64,000 nt of DNA, taken from the sequence record PP681140.1; one strand, 5' to 3'. This document shows, piece after piece, positions 63,732-64,000 of the stretch; position 1 is the stretch's first letter; each line of letters begins with the position of its first letter. The stretch is from Enterobacter phage EC152. The notes under the pieces were generated by a model that was given only the letters and a program-made list of their open reading frames with translations, was not told the DNA's origin and made no database searches. Both the position numbers and the translations under genes were made by a program.

Positions 63732-64000
63732 AAACTGTGTGATATTTGGTATGATATTTGCCGGGATATTTGTTGATGGAAATCAAAATGAAAATCGAAA
63801 TGGTTTTCGAGATGGTTTTCCTTTCAGGTGTCCTGGTAAATCCATTTTATTGTGAGTTAAGATCTCAAACCCTCCGACAAATTATCTCAAATCTCCCAGC
63901 GCAACATGCTGATTGTTAAGGAAATTCACAGGCACGAATGCAGTAATTATGTCAAAATTCCAGAAATGCTAAATCCATTTTATTGGTTGTTAAGTCTGGG
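63732..64000. repeat. repeat-dense noncoding region: GATATTT x3 at 12-bp phase, (C/T)CAAAATGAAAA x2, ATGGTTTTC x2, 18-bp TAAATCCATTTTATTG…GTTAAG x2 (63837 and 63970)
   Basis: no credible ORF; multiple short direct repeats; cut by window end. Confidence 0.5.

Noticed and set aside
63732-64000. CRISPR array
   Set aside because: Repeats are short (7-18 bp), irregularly spaced and only 2-3 copies each; no cas genes
1-64000. Integrase/excisionase or transposase indicating a prophage or mobile element
   Set aside because: No tyrosine/serine recombinase or DDE motifs seen; gene content is that of a virulent phage

Overview
This 64-kb window looks like part of the genome of a large virulent contractile-tailed phage (myovirus) of enterobacteria. 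Codon usage is E. coli-like. Several modules resemble rV5/phi92-like or Felix-O1-like phages. No integrase, tRNA, rRNA or CRISPR array was seen.

Layout:
- nt 1-23,800: a rightward late structural operon. Gene order is sheath, tube, chaperone pair with a canonical -1 frameshift site, tape measure, a P2/Mu-like baseplate (hub, HxH spike, wedge, J, I), then at least five receptor-binding proteins (tailspikes and fibers), a tail-fiber assembly chaperone, three small membrane proteins, and an RCC1/Big_2 protein. UUCG-tetraloop terminators punctuate the operon.
- nt 23,834-56,979: about 70 leftward early/middle genes, mostly tightly overlapping (ATGA/TAATG junctions), including many below the 60-aa cutoff of the ORF track. 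Recognisable genes here: SSB with a DFDDDIPF tail; a family-A DNA polymerase with 3'-5' exonuclease domain; a T7 gp4-like primase-helicase with an SSB-like acidic tail; a Dda-like helicase; rIIA (GHKL ATPase) and rIIB; an Rnl2-like RNA ligase; a macro domain protein; a NadR-like NMN adenylyltransferase / ribosylnicotinamide kinase plus a PnuC transporter; a YgiB-like lipoprotein; a SpoT/MESH1-like HD hydrolase; a CobS/MoxR-like AAA+ ATPase; a degenerate C5-MTase-like protein; and winged-helix regulators.
- nt 46,309-46,719: a bactofilin-like beta-helical protein, followed by a terminator, a signal-peptide SleB-type peptidoglycan hydrolase and a small single-TM protein, just upstream of rIIA/rIIB. 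This is the most unusual locus in the window and a candidate for an undescribed lysis/cell-wall-remodelling module.
- nt 56,980-57,109: divergent near-consensus sigma70 promoters.
- nt 57,110-63,731: rightward early genes. These include a CobT-like VWA/metallopeptidase protein, a winged-helix protein next to an iteron/AT-rich origin-like region, a MazG-like pyrophosphohydrolase and a small HAD phosphatase.
- nt 63,732-64,000: a repeat-dense noncoding stretch cut by the window end.

All functional calls are motif- and synteny-based readings of the sequence. No database search was run.
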